DNA of 64,000 bases from Dehalococcoidia bacterium (lineage in GTDB: Bacteria; Chloroflexota; Dehalococcoidia; Lucifugimonadales; QGNO01): NCBI GenBank assembly GCA_965261825.1, contig CBDHED010000002.1, positions 18,103-82,102 on the forward strand, in the 5' to 3' direction. Positions 28,869 to 38,866 of the stretch are shown in pieces. The notes under the pieces are model-generated. The model was not told the DNA's origin. It worked only from the letters and a program-made list of their open reading frames with translations, and made no database searches. Both the position numbers and the translations under genes were made by a program. Every line of letters starts with the position of its first letter. Within the stretch, counting starts at the first letter, position 1.

Positions 28869-29165
28869 TCAGTCGTTCTCTTTGGAGCACGAAGGGCAGA
28901 GCGGCTTGGCAAATGATGTTTTACTCTTTTTGCCGCAGCGGTGGCAGTGTTTCTCCGGGAAGTAAGGGTGCTTGAATTTGTTCCAGTCTCGGAAGCACTT
29001 GGGGCACAGCGGATGATCCAGGTCGTAGGGGATACCCTCTTCTCTGCGGCGGATACAGAAGCCTTTTGCGGAGGCTTGTTTGGATTCTGCTTTGGGAGGG
29101 CGAGCAGCAGAAGTCTTGGGTTTGGCTACCTCACGTGGAGGTGCTAGCTGTTTGCTATAGGCCAT
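28869..29165 (-). CDS. Small zinc-ribbon protein, paralogous to the C-terminus of the adjacent PLD protein
   Basis: GFCIRRREEGIPYDLDHPLCPKCFRDWNKFKHPYFPEKHCHRCGKKSKTSFAKPLCPSC aligns with GFCIRCRDVVPAYPAQPYCRRHYATWKRYKDNSYEEKHCHTCGSEHTATLKKPLCRAC in the next gene. Confidence 0.5.
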   Translation of the reverse strand: MAYSKQLAPPREVAKPKTSAARPPKAESKQASAKGFCIRRREEGIPYDLDHPLCPKCFRDWNKFKHPYFPEKHCHRCGKKSKTSFAKPLCPSCSKEND

Positions 29166-29187
29166 TAGGTCACGGCTTTCGTCTTCG

Positions 29188-29943
29188 TCACTTCAGCCAT
29201 CGCCTTATCTCCGGCTCTGTCAGCCTAGCCGCGAACGTGAAGAGGTCTTTGTATTTCGTGTGGCAGGCACGACACAGAGGCTTCTTTAGAGTCGCCGTAT
29301 GCTCGCTTCCGCAGGTGTGGCAGTGTTTCTCTTCGTAAGAATTGTCCTTGTACCGTTTCCATGTCGCGTAGTGTCGCCTGCAATACGGCTGCGCAGGATA
29401 GGCAGGTACAACATCTCTGCACCGGATGCAGAAGCCGTCTCTAGGCTTCTGCAGTCGAGTCCTACTTGGATTCGTGCGGGCCTTTGTCGCCGCTGAGTTC
29501 ACCTTCCCTTTGCTGGCTGGCTCGATCTCACTGCTGGCGGTCTTCCAACTCATCGCCTGTCTGCGTATCGCTTTGTAGAGCTCCTCATCGTCCTGTCTGG
29601 AAACCAGTATGCCCATTTCATCGTTGTGCTCCTGGGAGAACTTGTACCAGTTCATGGACGTTATTAACGCTTCCTTTTCGTTCAGGTAGCACTTTGCGTG
29701 AAGATTCTTGAGAAAAGAGGTCTTGATGCCGAGTTCGTCGAAGTAGGATTTTTCGCTTGCCTTCAACTTCTTCTTTCCGTAGATCACGTGGATGGTCGTG
29801 CCGCGTTTCTGGTTCTTGAGGAGGTTCTTGGTCTCGTCGTCGGCCTCGATGTAGGGGCTGATGAGGACGAGTTCCCTGTCGGCTTCCTCGATGATCTTGC
29901 CGAGGTGATATACGATGCTTTTCCTGTTGAGGAATGTCGCCAT
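29188..29943 (-). CDS. Phospholipase D-family (Nuc-like) nuclease with C-terminal zinc ribbon
   Basis: The HKD-type motif is NLHAKCYLNEKEALITSMN (HxK-x4-E-x6-S-x-N). I prefer ATG at 29943 because the longer ORF-track start at 30045 runs into an IS3-like terminal repeat. Confidence 0.6.
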   Translation of the reverse strand: MATFLNRKSIVYHLGKIIEEADRELVLISPYIEADDETKNLLKNQKRGTTIHVIYGKKKLKASEKSYFDELGIKTSFLKNLHAKCYLNEKEALITSMNWYKFSQEHNDEMGILVSRQDDEELYKAIRRQAMSWKTASSEIEPASKGKVNSAATKARTNPSRTRLQKPRDGFCIRCRDVVPAYPAQPYCRRHYATWKRYKDNSYEEKHCHTCGSEHTATLKKPLCRACHTKYKDLFTFAARLTEPEIRRWLK

Positions 29944-29991
29944 AGCGAGAACTATGCCTCCTGATGCTCTCTGGTCGGTCATGCACGCTTG

Positions 29992-30316
29992 TGGATGATA
30001 CCACTTTTCGATGTCCTTCTTATATCGGCAAGATGGTGTTGGCAACCGGCAAGAGTGGGACAGTTCTTGACCCGAGAGAATCAGGGATTGGATTGAGGTC
30101 TTGTAAGCTCCCTGAGGGCCTTGTTGTGGCGTCTTCGCCGTTCGATTGTTTGAGCCAGCACCTCCTTCCGTCGTTGTAGAATCTCTTGTCGCCTACCCTT
30201 GAGTACGTCGGAGGCGTCACGTTTCCCAGGGCCTTGTGATAGCGCCGGTAGTTGTAGTAGCTGACGAATGAGTTGACTTGCCTAACTAGGTGGGTGATAA
30301 ATTGATTTGGGCACAC
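29992..30316 (-). pseudogene. IS3-family remnant: 3' end of orfB (integrase core C-terminus) plus a terminal repeat
   Basis: VSYYNYRRYHKALGNVTP is the conserved IS3/retroviral-integrase-like C-terminal motif, and the frame decays after it. TGGATGATACCACTTTTCGAT at 29992 resembles the TGGATGAGGTAAAGTACTTCAGAT end at 32234. Confidence 0.55.
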
Positions 30317-30342
30317 CGAACTTATGTTAGGAGCTTTGGTCT

Positions 30343-32133
30343 ATGGACGGAAGCCTTGTCAGTCTCAATGGGTTACTTACCGGGAACCAAATATTCGATA
30401 TCCCCGTTTATCAGAGGGGCTACGCCTGGGAAAGGAAGAATCTGGAGGACCTGTGGGAGGACCTCTATTACTTGGACTCCTCCAAGAAGCACTATTTCGG
30501 CACAGTGCTTCTCAAAGATTCGGAGAAGACCGCTCGAACCGCGCTAGCTACTTTGAAACGGTTCGACGTGATAGACGGCCAGCAGCGGCTTACTACTGTC
30601 CTGATACTGTTGCGAGAGATCATCTCGCAGTTGAAGGAGGTAAGTGCCAATGAGTTGCAGGGGGAGGTAGACGCTCTGGAGAGGAGCTATTTGAAAGATG
30701 GTGGTCATTACAAGCTGAACCCGCTAGGTGACGATGGTGAATTCTTCCACCATGTTGTCATTGACGGCAATGATTTTCTGGCCAGCGCCACTCGTACTCA
30801 CTCCCAGCGCCGTCTCACAGAGGCCAGAGCCTTCTTCAGAGAACGGCTCATCAGCGAGAAAGAACAACAGGCATCGGAATACCAGAACTTCCTAGTGCAA
30901 TTCAAGCGGAAGATCGACGAGCTTCAGCTCATACAGTACCAAGTCAACTCGGATGCGGATGCCATTCGCATTTTCGAAACCGTCAACGACAGAGGCCGTC
31001 CACTGAGCAATCTCGAGAAGACGAAGAGTTTCCTAATGCACACCTCATACCTTGGGATAGAAGACGATGACGTGGTGGCGGGCAGGCTCAAAGAGTTGAA
31101 CGGCCACTTTTCCAGAATATATCGGCACTTCGAAGACGTGAGCGGAACCAAACATATGGAACGCTTGCGCTTGGACGAGAATGATGTTCACCGTTACCAC
31201 TTCATAAATTACATATCACCCGGAGACGCTTCGTCGCGTCCTACCGACAGTCTCAAGGACCGCATCAGGGATAGGTTGCGACAAGACCCTGAAGAGTGTG
31301 TTGAGTATGCACTCACTTACGCCAAAGACCTAGAGAAGGCTTTCCTCGCAGTGAAGCACATTACCGAAGCCTACAGGGAGGATGAAGAGGGCAGGACACT
31401 GAGCAAGATTTTCATGATGGAGAGGATAGGGAACATCTTCCCGCTTTTGATAGCCTCCTGGCTGAGGTTCGGAGATGATGGCACACGCTTGGAGGAGGTC
31501 CTGAGACTTCTAGAAGCATTCGTCGTTCGCGTATACCTGGTGGGCGGATACCGGGGCCATACCGGGGCGTCCACATTAAGTGGAATAGCTCACAGAGTGC
31601 ATCAGAAGAGGCTGGACTACGACGGCCTGATTGGTGAATTGCAAGGGATGAATCGTTATTACCAGGACGACGGTCTGTTCAAGCGTTCCCTTGGTTGGGG
31701 CGACTTTTACGATCGCCTAGGCTCAAGAACCATTAGGTACTTGCTGAGCGAATATGAGATTCATCTCAGAACGAAGGTTGATGTGCCGTTGGCTGTCTCG
31801 ACACAGGAGAAAATCCTGTCGTCCGGCTACGAGGTGGAGCATATCTGGGCTCAGAATCCGTCTTATGAAATGGGCGTGGAGGAAGAATCGGAACACCGGC
31901 AGAATGTCCATCGGCTTGGTAACCTGACCATAGCTTCGCAGTCGTGGAACAAGAGCATGGGGAACAAGACATTCCAGGAAAAACGGTGGCAACCTGGAGA
32001 CATGCCTAGTTACTCGAATTCCAATTTGTTGGTACAGAAAGAGCTAGCTAAGCTTACCGCTTGGGATGTCGGAGCCATCAAGGATCGAGAGGCCGACATA
32101 GTGGAGTTCGCATTGCAAAGGTGGGCTGTATAG
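30343..32133 (+). CDS. GmrSD-like type IV restriction enzyme (DUF262 + DUF1524)
   Basis: The N-terminal DUF262 signatures are IPVYQRGYAWE and IDGQQRLTT. The C-terminal His-Me/HNH-like DUF1524 signatures are EVEHIWAQN and HRLGNLT...WNKSMGNK. Confidence 0.8.
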   Translation: MDGSLVSLNGLLTGNQIFDIPVYQRGYAWERKNLEDLWEDLYYLDSSKKHYFGTVLLKDSEKTARTALATLKRFDVIDGQQRLTTVLILLREIISQLKEVSANELQGEVDALERSYLKDGGHYKLNPLGDDGEFFHHVVIDGNDFLASATRTHSQRRLTEARAFFRERLISEKEQQASEYQNFLVQFKRKIDELQLIQYQVNSDADAIRIFETVNDRGRPLSNLEKTKSFLMHTSYLGIEDDDVVAGRLKELNGHFSRIYRHFEDVSGTKHMERLRLDENDVHRYHFINYISPGDASSRPTDSLKDRIRDRLRQDPEECVEYALTYAKDLEKAFLAVKHITEAYREDEEGRTLSKIFMMERIGNIFPLLIASWLRFGDDGTRLEEVLRLLEAFVVRVYLVGGYRGHTGASTLSGIAHRVHQKRLDYDGLIGELQGMNRYYQDDGLFKRSLGWGDFYDRLGSRTIRYLLSEYEIHLRTKVDVPLAVSTQEKILSSGYEVEHIWAQNPSYEMGVEEESEHRQNVHRLGNLTIASQSWNKSMGNKTFQEKRWQPGDMPSYSNSNLLVQKELAKLTAWDVGAIKDREADIVEFALQRWAV

Positions 32134-32233
32134 TTTCACCGCTCCTCGCCCTCGCCAATTGTAGGAAGTCAGCGAAAATGGGACACGCGAGGGGGTAGAG
32201 AGACCCGAGAGATTTGAGGCGGGGTCAGCTCTC

Positions 32234-32612
32234 TGGATGAGGTAAAGTACTTCAGATAGAGGAGTTCACATGTCCCAGACAGAAACAAGTAAAGCAGTGG
32301 CCGCTGACGAGCGCACAGAGGCGGCGAGGTCCTTCGTCCGCACGGTTAAGGCTGCTGCTCGGCGCAAGTACACCCCGGAAGAGAAGATTCGTATAGTGCT
32401 GGAGGGGTTCCGCCGCGAGGTTACCGTGAGTGACCTGTGCAGGCGGGAGGGAAATCAAGTCTCACTCATACTATGCATGGACCAAAGAGTTCATGGAGGC
32501 GGGCAAGGAAAGGCTTGCCCGCGACAGCATGCGAGATGCCACTAGGGAGGATGTCCACATCTCAAGCGGGAGAACGGGCACAATGTCTCGTCCGCAGTCA
32601 GCTATGTCCTAG
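32234..32612 (+). pseudogene. IS3-family remnant: terminal repeat plus frameshifted orfA
   Basis: RRKYTPEEKIRIVLEGFRREVTVSDLCRREG continues in another frame as IKSHSYYAWTKEFMEAGKERLARD. No orfB follows. Confidence 0.65.
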
Positions 32613-32827
32613 ACGGCAAGTGCATGATGACCGCAAAGATAGCGCATTGCAAAGACATTGAGCCCGCTAGTATGGGTATCGTGCTACGAGACGGAAGAGA
32701 GGCTCACCAGGAGCCTTGGAGCTGTGTTCCTGTAACACGGTTCTTGACTCTGTCCAGTCTGATGGAGAATTAGTTTGGTCGTTGTACCCACTTCCAGGAG
32801 TGGCGGAGGGTTGAAACAAGACGTGTT

Positions 32828-34165
32828 TCATGGAGTGCCCGATTCCGGACTAGACAGTGCACCACGTTCCTGTAGCTCCACTATCTGGCGTTCGGCGGCT
32901 GCCTTCGCTTCGGCCGCGACCGCGACTACCCTCTTGGCCGCGAATTGACTTATCTCAACTATGCTTACCCTCTTCGTCACCGCGTTGACGAGAATGCTGG
33001 CGGTGAGGCCGACCAACAGCGCTGCGCCCGCCGGGCCGCCAGCGACTCCAACAATTCCGACTGCTGTCAGCGTCGTCCCTGCGCCGATGCCCCCCTTGAG
33101 TAGACCATCGGCGAACTCGGCATACTCACCCGTCTGGCGGGCCTTCTGGAAGGCTCTGGCAAAGGCGACGACTGTGACTATCAGCAAAAGGGGGTTCGCG
33201 CTGATTGCGGCAGAGAGTCCCATGCCGCCGACGAGCTTGGCAAAGGTCTCGGTGTCTGCCCGGTTCCAGCTGAAAACCACGGCAATCGCGCCCACCGCGC
33301 TGCCGAGCAGTTCAGCGGCGTCGTAGGTGTTCAGATCGTAGAACCACACCTTGGGTATGTGGAAAGTCGATTCCAGCGCGCCCGCTACGCTGTCGAAGGT
33401 ACTCTTGTCCCAGTTCGCAAGTGGCAGCCCTCTGATGGTGGTTCCGTCTCTGAGAAGCCCCTGAAGGGTACCCAAGGCTTCCTGGATGATGTTGTCGTCG
33501 GGTTCCGCGTCCCGGGCGGCGCTGAAGGCCCCGCTGATCGTGTGCCCTCCGTCGAACAACCGGTGGTAGCTGCCTCCTAGATCAGGTCTCAGCAACGGGT
33601 TGAGATAGTTGGCGTCCATGGCCTTGTCATAGATCGTCGCACTTCCCTTGACCACGCCTTCGAGTAGGTTGTTCAGGTCCTGGGATAGGTTGCTTGCCAG
33701 GAGGGGCTGCGAGGCTGTCATGAGTTGGCTTGCAACCCAGGCCGTCGCCTCCAACGCACTCCTGGAGCCAGCCCGCGCTCGTTGCGCAGTCGCAGTCGTC
33801 ACTTTCGCTGCCTTGCCCGAAGCATCCCGTCCAACGGAAGCCGCGGCGTCCGCAGCCTTCTTTGATTCTTTCTTCATCCGGTCCTCTGTCGCAGCCGTGA
33901 CATCGACCGCCTTGCTGTAGGCATCGCGGATGACTGAAGCTGCGGTGCTAGCGACCTTCCTCGACCCGGCTTTCAATCGTTCTGCGGTCGCAACTCCTTC
34001 ATCGTGGGCCCCTGCCAATGGGGTACTTCCACCCTCTGTGGCGTCGCTTGTCCCGTCCTCGACCGCCTCCTCGGGGGATCCCGGTTGATGGGTGTTCGAG
34101 TCCATCCGGTCTCTGAGTTTCCTAGGGGTAGTGTGCTTCCTCATGTGCTGTCCTCGGGTCTTCAT
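32828..34165 (-). CDS. Hypothetical membrane protein
   Basis: 445-aa ORF with an N-terminal Ala/Lys-rich repeated segment and C-terminal Gly/Ala-rich hydrophobic helices. I recognise no family. Confidence 0.45.
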   Translation of the reverse strand: MKTRGQHMRKHTTPRKLRDRMDSNTHQPGSPEEAVEDGTSDATEGGSTPLAGAHDEGVATAERLKAGSRKVASTAASVIRDAYSKAVDVTAATEDRMKKESKKAADAAASVGRDASGKAAKVTTATAQRARAGSRSALEATAWVASQLMTASQPLLASNLSQDLNNLLEGVVKGSATIYDKAMDANYLNPLLRPDLGGSYHRLFDGGHTISGAFSAARDAEPDDNIIQEALGTLQGLLRDGTTIRGLPLANWDKSTFDSVAGALESTFHIPKVWFYDLNTYDAAELLGSAVGAIAVVFSWNRADTETFAKLVGGMGLSAAISANPLLLIVTVVAFARAFQKARQTGEYAEFADGLLKGGIGAGTTLTAVGIVGVAGGPAGAALLVGLTASILVNAVTKRVSIVEISQFAAKRVVAVAAEAKAAAERQIVELQERGALSSPESGTP

Positions 34166-36862
34166 CCGCCTGCCTTCCTATTCTTGCCAGATTTGCCAGG
34201 CTGCGCGGTGGCTGGGATCATACCGACGATGTAGCCAGCATATCGTCTCTTTAGCCGCTTGCAACTGTGTTGTCCCATCGGATGTGGACTTGGATCGAAT
34301 GATGCATGAACCACGGTTCGCTGACAATGGCTCCCCCTGCTGGCTCTATGGCTGGACTCGTCAAGGCTAGTCAATCCGGCTTGCCACCTTCTCACAGACA
34401 ACACACTCAGCAGGGTTCCGCCTTATCTTGGATATTCTGCTCGGCGACTCCTGGATCGCCGATAGGAGAATGTCCCTACACTGAGCTTTCTCCCGTTCGG
34501 CGCGCTGGGCAGGCCGTTCCTTGCTCCGTTCGGCGTACCGGGCAGCCACGGCCTTGGCCTCCTCGATATGCGTCGTACAGGATTGCCGGCAAGGAACCAT
34601 CAAGTCACGCCTCTGCCAACCATTGAGCTAGACCCGGGTCCCAAGCTGGTTGAGCCTGTAGCCGAGCCTGAACCCTGGTTGCCTTCATAGCTGAGACGAC
34701 GCCCGGTGGTGGTGTAGTCGCCCAGGGACTGATCGTGATTGTCGTCTACTTCATGCACATGCTGACGCCTATGCCTGACGGCCCATGGCGTCTCTTCGGA
34801 GGACTGTTGGTGATGCTGCTGGCCAACTGGGGCCCGGTGGTGCTGGGCTTCGGTGAGCCAATCGCCGCGGCCGTCATGCTGGGGAACGTGGCGCTAGGTG
34901 GGTTCGCCTATAAGACCTGGATGGAAAGGCAAGCCGAGAGCTAAGACCATGGACATGACCGGGGCATGACCCAATTGGCACCCCGTAGCACGTAGAGAGC
35001 CGTTTAAGTTGGTGCTAACCTTCAGTTTCCTTATATAGATTTAGCGCGCGAGGGGTTTTTGCCCCTCACACAACACGTTTGCAGCCAGTGTTCATGCCTG
35101 TGGGTGTGCACGATTGGTGCATCTTCCGTGCAGGTGAAGAACACGTCCGCACGCAGGATGTGCACTTGAGGGACAGGCGGGTTGTGCAGTAGGTGCGGTT
35201 AAGGTGTGCCCTAGCACAGCCCCCATGATAAGGGTGCTGACCACTCTCTTTCCCATTAGACGGGCCAGGCCGTGCACTCGACCACCCTGTACCAGCCGTC
35301 AGCCGTCCGTGCTTCACGAGTCACGATCGCCCATGCCTCACGGTACTTCTGCGCCGTCCCCAGGTACTCGGCCGACGTGCCGGCAGGCCCCCTGGCGCTG
35401 GCGCTGAGCGTGATAGTGCTTCTTGTTCGGCCCCTTCGACATGGCTACCAGGATACCAGATCCACTTAGCCGTCAGAAATCTGCTCCGTCCGCGGCGCCG
35501 GAATGCGCCCGGCTTGACGGCCCCGCTTTTCGCTGGTCCGTTTTAGCGCCCAGGAGGGTCCCCAGCAGGGCAACAGGGCTTTCAGGGGGGCTACGGCGAT
35601 CCTAGCGCGCCGCTTTTCGCAATTTCCACTCGCTCAGGCACGGATGGCGGTTTTCCCCGTCCAGGACTGGGGCGTCAGCTGACACTATCCGTTAAGAGTT
35701 TAGTGTCATTTCCCCGGATCTCGACGGTCTACTCCACGCCTACAATCGCGGGCTGGGGCGCTGCTCCTGACACAGTTCTACTCAAAGAGTGCCACTGTTC
35801 TATCAGAACAACCGCTAACCAAAGAGCGGCTGCTCAAAGTCCCTGAACTCCGCCGCAACTTTAGACATTTCGGAAAGATTTCCAAATTGCTTAAAATCCT
35901 CTATCCACCTACCGGCCGTTCTCTGTTCCACATTGATGCTGCCCATCACCTTGTAGACGACGGGAGCGGCGTGGCGGTGATAGTGCATCCGCTGTTCCCG
36001 TGACTGCCAGGGCGCCCAGCGGCGCATCAGGGGACCAAGGTCTACCAATGCCGGGGCATCGATATCCCTGGCCAGAATGGGAAAGAAAGCACACGCATCG
36101 CGCCACCCCTTTATCTCATGGGGCCCCGACCCTCAGGTCCCGTTCCGCCCAGGGAAGCCGATTATGCCCGGACTACTGGACCTGCGGGCGCACTTCGTCG
36201 TCCACCGTCACGCCCATCGCGCCGTGCAGCTCCCAGGGCCGAAAGCCCTCCACGAACCCCTTGGCCTCCTCCATGGACGCCATGCCCTTTTGGGCCCGCC
36301 CGGGGTTGTAGCCGAAGGTCTGGGCGAAGGCGTCGAAGCCCCTCTTGGTCGCCCTCACCCCGCCTACCTCCTGCTCCTCGCCGTCATCCATCGTCAGGAT
36401 GAGCCTCTGTCCCTTCCTCACTTCACGCCAATACACCTGCATGAGCAATAGTCCTCCAGCACTGCGTGTCCGCCTGGCATATCCCTACACAACCTCTATC
36501 TGCGGGCTCTTGTCCGTTCCTTTGCACAACCGTCACTGCTAACAAAATGAACCGCACGCCCCCAACTCCGTCGTTCCCACGCAGAGCCTGCCCCGTACTC
36601 GATACGGGGGGAACCCATCCCCGGTCCCTGCCTCCGATCATGTGGCAACGGAGATTCCCGCACCTATCCAGAAGGCGGGGGGCCAGCCTGTTTGCGTCGT
36701 CTCCGCCCCTGACGAATCCGCTCAGTGCCTGTCTCCAGCCTCCGTCGCGTAATCTACCGACATCCACTCTACCGCGCAAGGCCGACCTCGTTTCTCCTAG
36801 GTACAATATGTAGTGATGGTACAATTATCGGAAGCAGGTGATAAATTTCGAAAGGTTGTGAG

Positions 36863-37513
36863 ATGGTGCAGAGTAATTTCCCATACGAAGAGGGGGATAC
36901 GTTCTCCATTGCAAGCTGGGGCCACCTCTCGAAGCGGGATATAGCTCAGCATGGCATTGATATTCTAGCGGGGATGATCATGACCTACCATGGGGAATGC
37001 CCGTCGCCCAATCACTTTTGGTGCGCCCCACCGGAGATGCAGGTATTTCTCATGGCCGAACTGTATCAAGCCAACGGTGATCAAGGTGAGCATTATATAG
37101 GTTGCTACTTGCGTGGCGCCGAATTTGACGACAATGGCATCCTTAGTATTCATGAAAGACCATCGCTGAAGGCGCTTATCCAGTGCTTAGAAGATGGCCG
37201 CGTCCTCGTCAACCTTGGCAGGCTGGCAAATGACGAACCGGGCAAATCGTTTGGCGGTCTCGGATTGCTTGACCAGAGGACGGCAGAGTTCATCGTGGTG
37301 ACGCCTGAGTCAGTGGCGAACGTCCCCAAGGATGCAGACAATCAGGCTTCGTTTGTACTCAGAAGGCTGGACAACGTTTGGAGCCTAGCGCACTTCTCGC
37401 TGGATCAAGAGCCTTCAACCACTACCCAAGCGCGGGTGTTTGCTGCGCTCCCAGTAGCCCCAAGTCCGAGCCCCTTAACTGTGTTGCAGATTGAGGACTT
37501 CCCACTCGGATAG
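36863..37513 (+). CDS. Hypothetical protein
   Basis: 216-aa ORF with normal amino-acid composition in a region otherwise lacking clean ORFs. I recognise no motif. Confidence 0.4.
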   Translation: MVQSNFPYEEGDTFSIASWGHLSKRDIAQHGIDILAGMIMTYHGECPSPNHFWCAPPEMQVFLMAELYQANGDQGEHYIGCYLRGAEFDDNGILSIHERPSLKALIQCLEDGRVLVNLGRLANDEPGKSFGGLGLLDQRTAEFIVVTPESVANVPKDADNQASFVLRRLDNVWSLAHFSLDQEPSTTTQARVFAALPVAPSPSPLTVLQIEDFPLG

Positions 37514-37567
37514 AATAGAATGAGGCCTTGCCACGAATGCCTATCTTGATTTGACCTGCCCCACCCA

Positions 37568-37589
37568 ACTGGACAAAATCAAGAACCTT
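37568..37589 (+). repeat. Direct repeat copy 2: ACTGGACAAAATCAAGAACCTT
   Basis: A 22-nt exact match to 28734-28755. It lies 186 nt upstream of the IS110-type transposase start. Confidence 0.9.
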
Positions 37590-37775
37590 GTATCTTTGAC
37601 TATATGAGAGAATTCCCATACAGGGCTGTTCCGAGTGCGGCAGACCGACCGAACTTTGGTCATGGTAGACCGCCGAAAAGCGAGGGTCGCCGCACTCATC
37701 CCTGATAGAGCTCGAACGGTTGCCCGGGCTGATCAAGCCCGCATCTTGCAAGGCTGAGCCAACACAGCAGGGGAG

Positions 37776-38013
37776 GTGAACATGAAACGAGAACCCACAT
37801 ACGTAGGCATCGACGTCGCTAAAGACCGAGTGGATATCGCCGTACGTCCAACAGGTCAGAGCTGGAGCGCGTCCTACGAGGAAGAGGAGGTGGAAATATT
37901 GGTTGCCAGGCTGCAGGTACTGGAGCCGGCCGGGGTGATACTGGAAGCTACCGGTGGTCTGGAGCTTACATTGGTAGCGGCCCTGGCTGCGGCATCACTA
38001 CCAGTGGCAGTGG
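37776..38013 (+). pseudogene. IS110-family transposase, N-terminal fragment only
   Basis: YVGIDVAKDRVDIAV...VILEATGGLELTLVAALAAASLPVAVV is the DEDD N-terminal pattern of IS110 transposases. Homology ends at about 38013. Confidence 0.65.
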
Positions 38014-38241
38014 TGTCTTCCTCTGGCCAACCGATGAGTCATCGCTGAGCAACCCTGTGCTTCTGTTGGCCTTCACAATGCTGTCGCAGTCCAGGAGAAC
38101 CAGATCAACGGCTGAGTGGTCGCCGTAGGGTAGGAGGCCGAGTGCCCACGCGTATGCCTGCCCGAGGTGGCCAAGACCTATGAGCCAGAGCCGCTTAGGC
38201 AGATAGAGACACGGTTCGCCAAAGGCGGGTTCATCCCTCAA
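38014..38241 (-). pseudogene. ThiF/E1-like (Rossmann) protein fragment
   Basis: RLWLIGLGHLGQAYAWALGLL...DLVLLDCDSIVKANRSTGLL resembles the GxGxxG nucleotide-binding loop and D.D.v..sN..R motif of ThiF/MoeB/E1 adenylyltransferases. It is cut off at the IS110 fragment junction. Confidence 0.4.
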
Positions 38242-38866
38242 CCACCAGGTAGTTCATGGGGGTGCAGTCTACAGTATGGCGAGCTGGAGGGTGAGAGGTA
38301 GAAAGTCAGACGAATTCCACCCACTTATCGGTCGATAGCATGACTCTTTCATGGCGTTATGCGTCGTTTCCATAACGCAAACACCCCTATAGTAAGGCGT
38401 TACAGGCACAAAGGCGGGGTTTGGGGAGGGCGACATGCGGGGCACCTATATAATATTTTAGAGAAACGAAGTTGACACCCTCCGTCCTCTTCACCCCCGC
38501 CCCGGGGCCAGCGCCGGAACCGGCCGCCCGCATATCGAGGACGAGATCGCGGTCGAGTGCAGTCATGGCCTCCATTGTGACAGCTGAAATCCGCACCCCA
38601 AGGGACTTATAAATATATATTTTAGAGAGTAGTAACTCAACATCCAAAAACCTCTTACTAGGGCGTGAGGGGTTTTCTATTTAGTCGTTCGTGTGTAGCC
38701 TGGGCATGGCCACCAGCTAACCCGCACCGTCCTATGTTCCGGCGTAGCCCTACGGAAGCATCCACGCCCTATGTGCCGCGTAGCCTTCAACATTCCCCGG
38801 CATCACTACCAGCATATGACGGCATGGCCTTGTTCAACTTGAGGCGGCCTCTGTAGAATAGACAGC

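Noticed and set aside
34945-35814. A GC hairpin GAGGGGTTTTTGCCCCTC (35050-35067) as a terminator, and small basic ORFs in this 870-bp gap.
   Set aside because: The hairpin is not followed by a T-run on either strand. The small ORFs need frameshifts to read through, so the region is probably gene debris.
36423-36824. Overlapping ORFs 36423..36824 (-) and 36466..36813 (+).
   Set aside because: They are mutually antisense, Pro/Arg/Ser-rich and without motifs. I treat the region as non-coding or decayed sequence.
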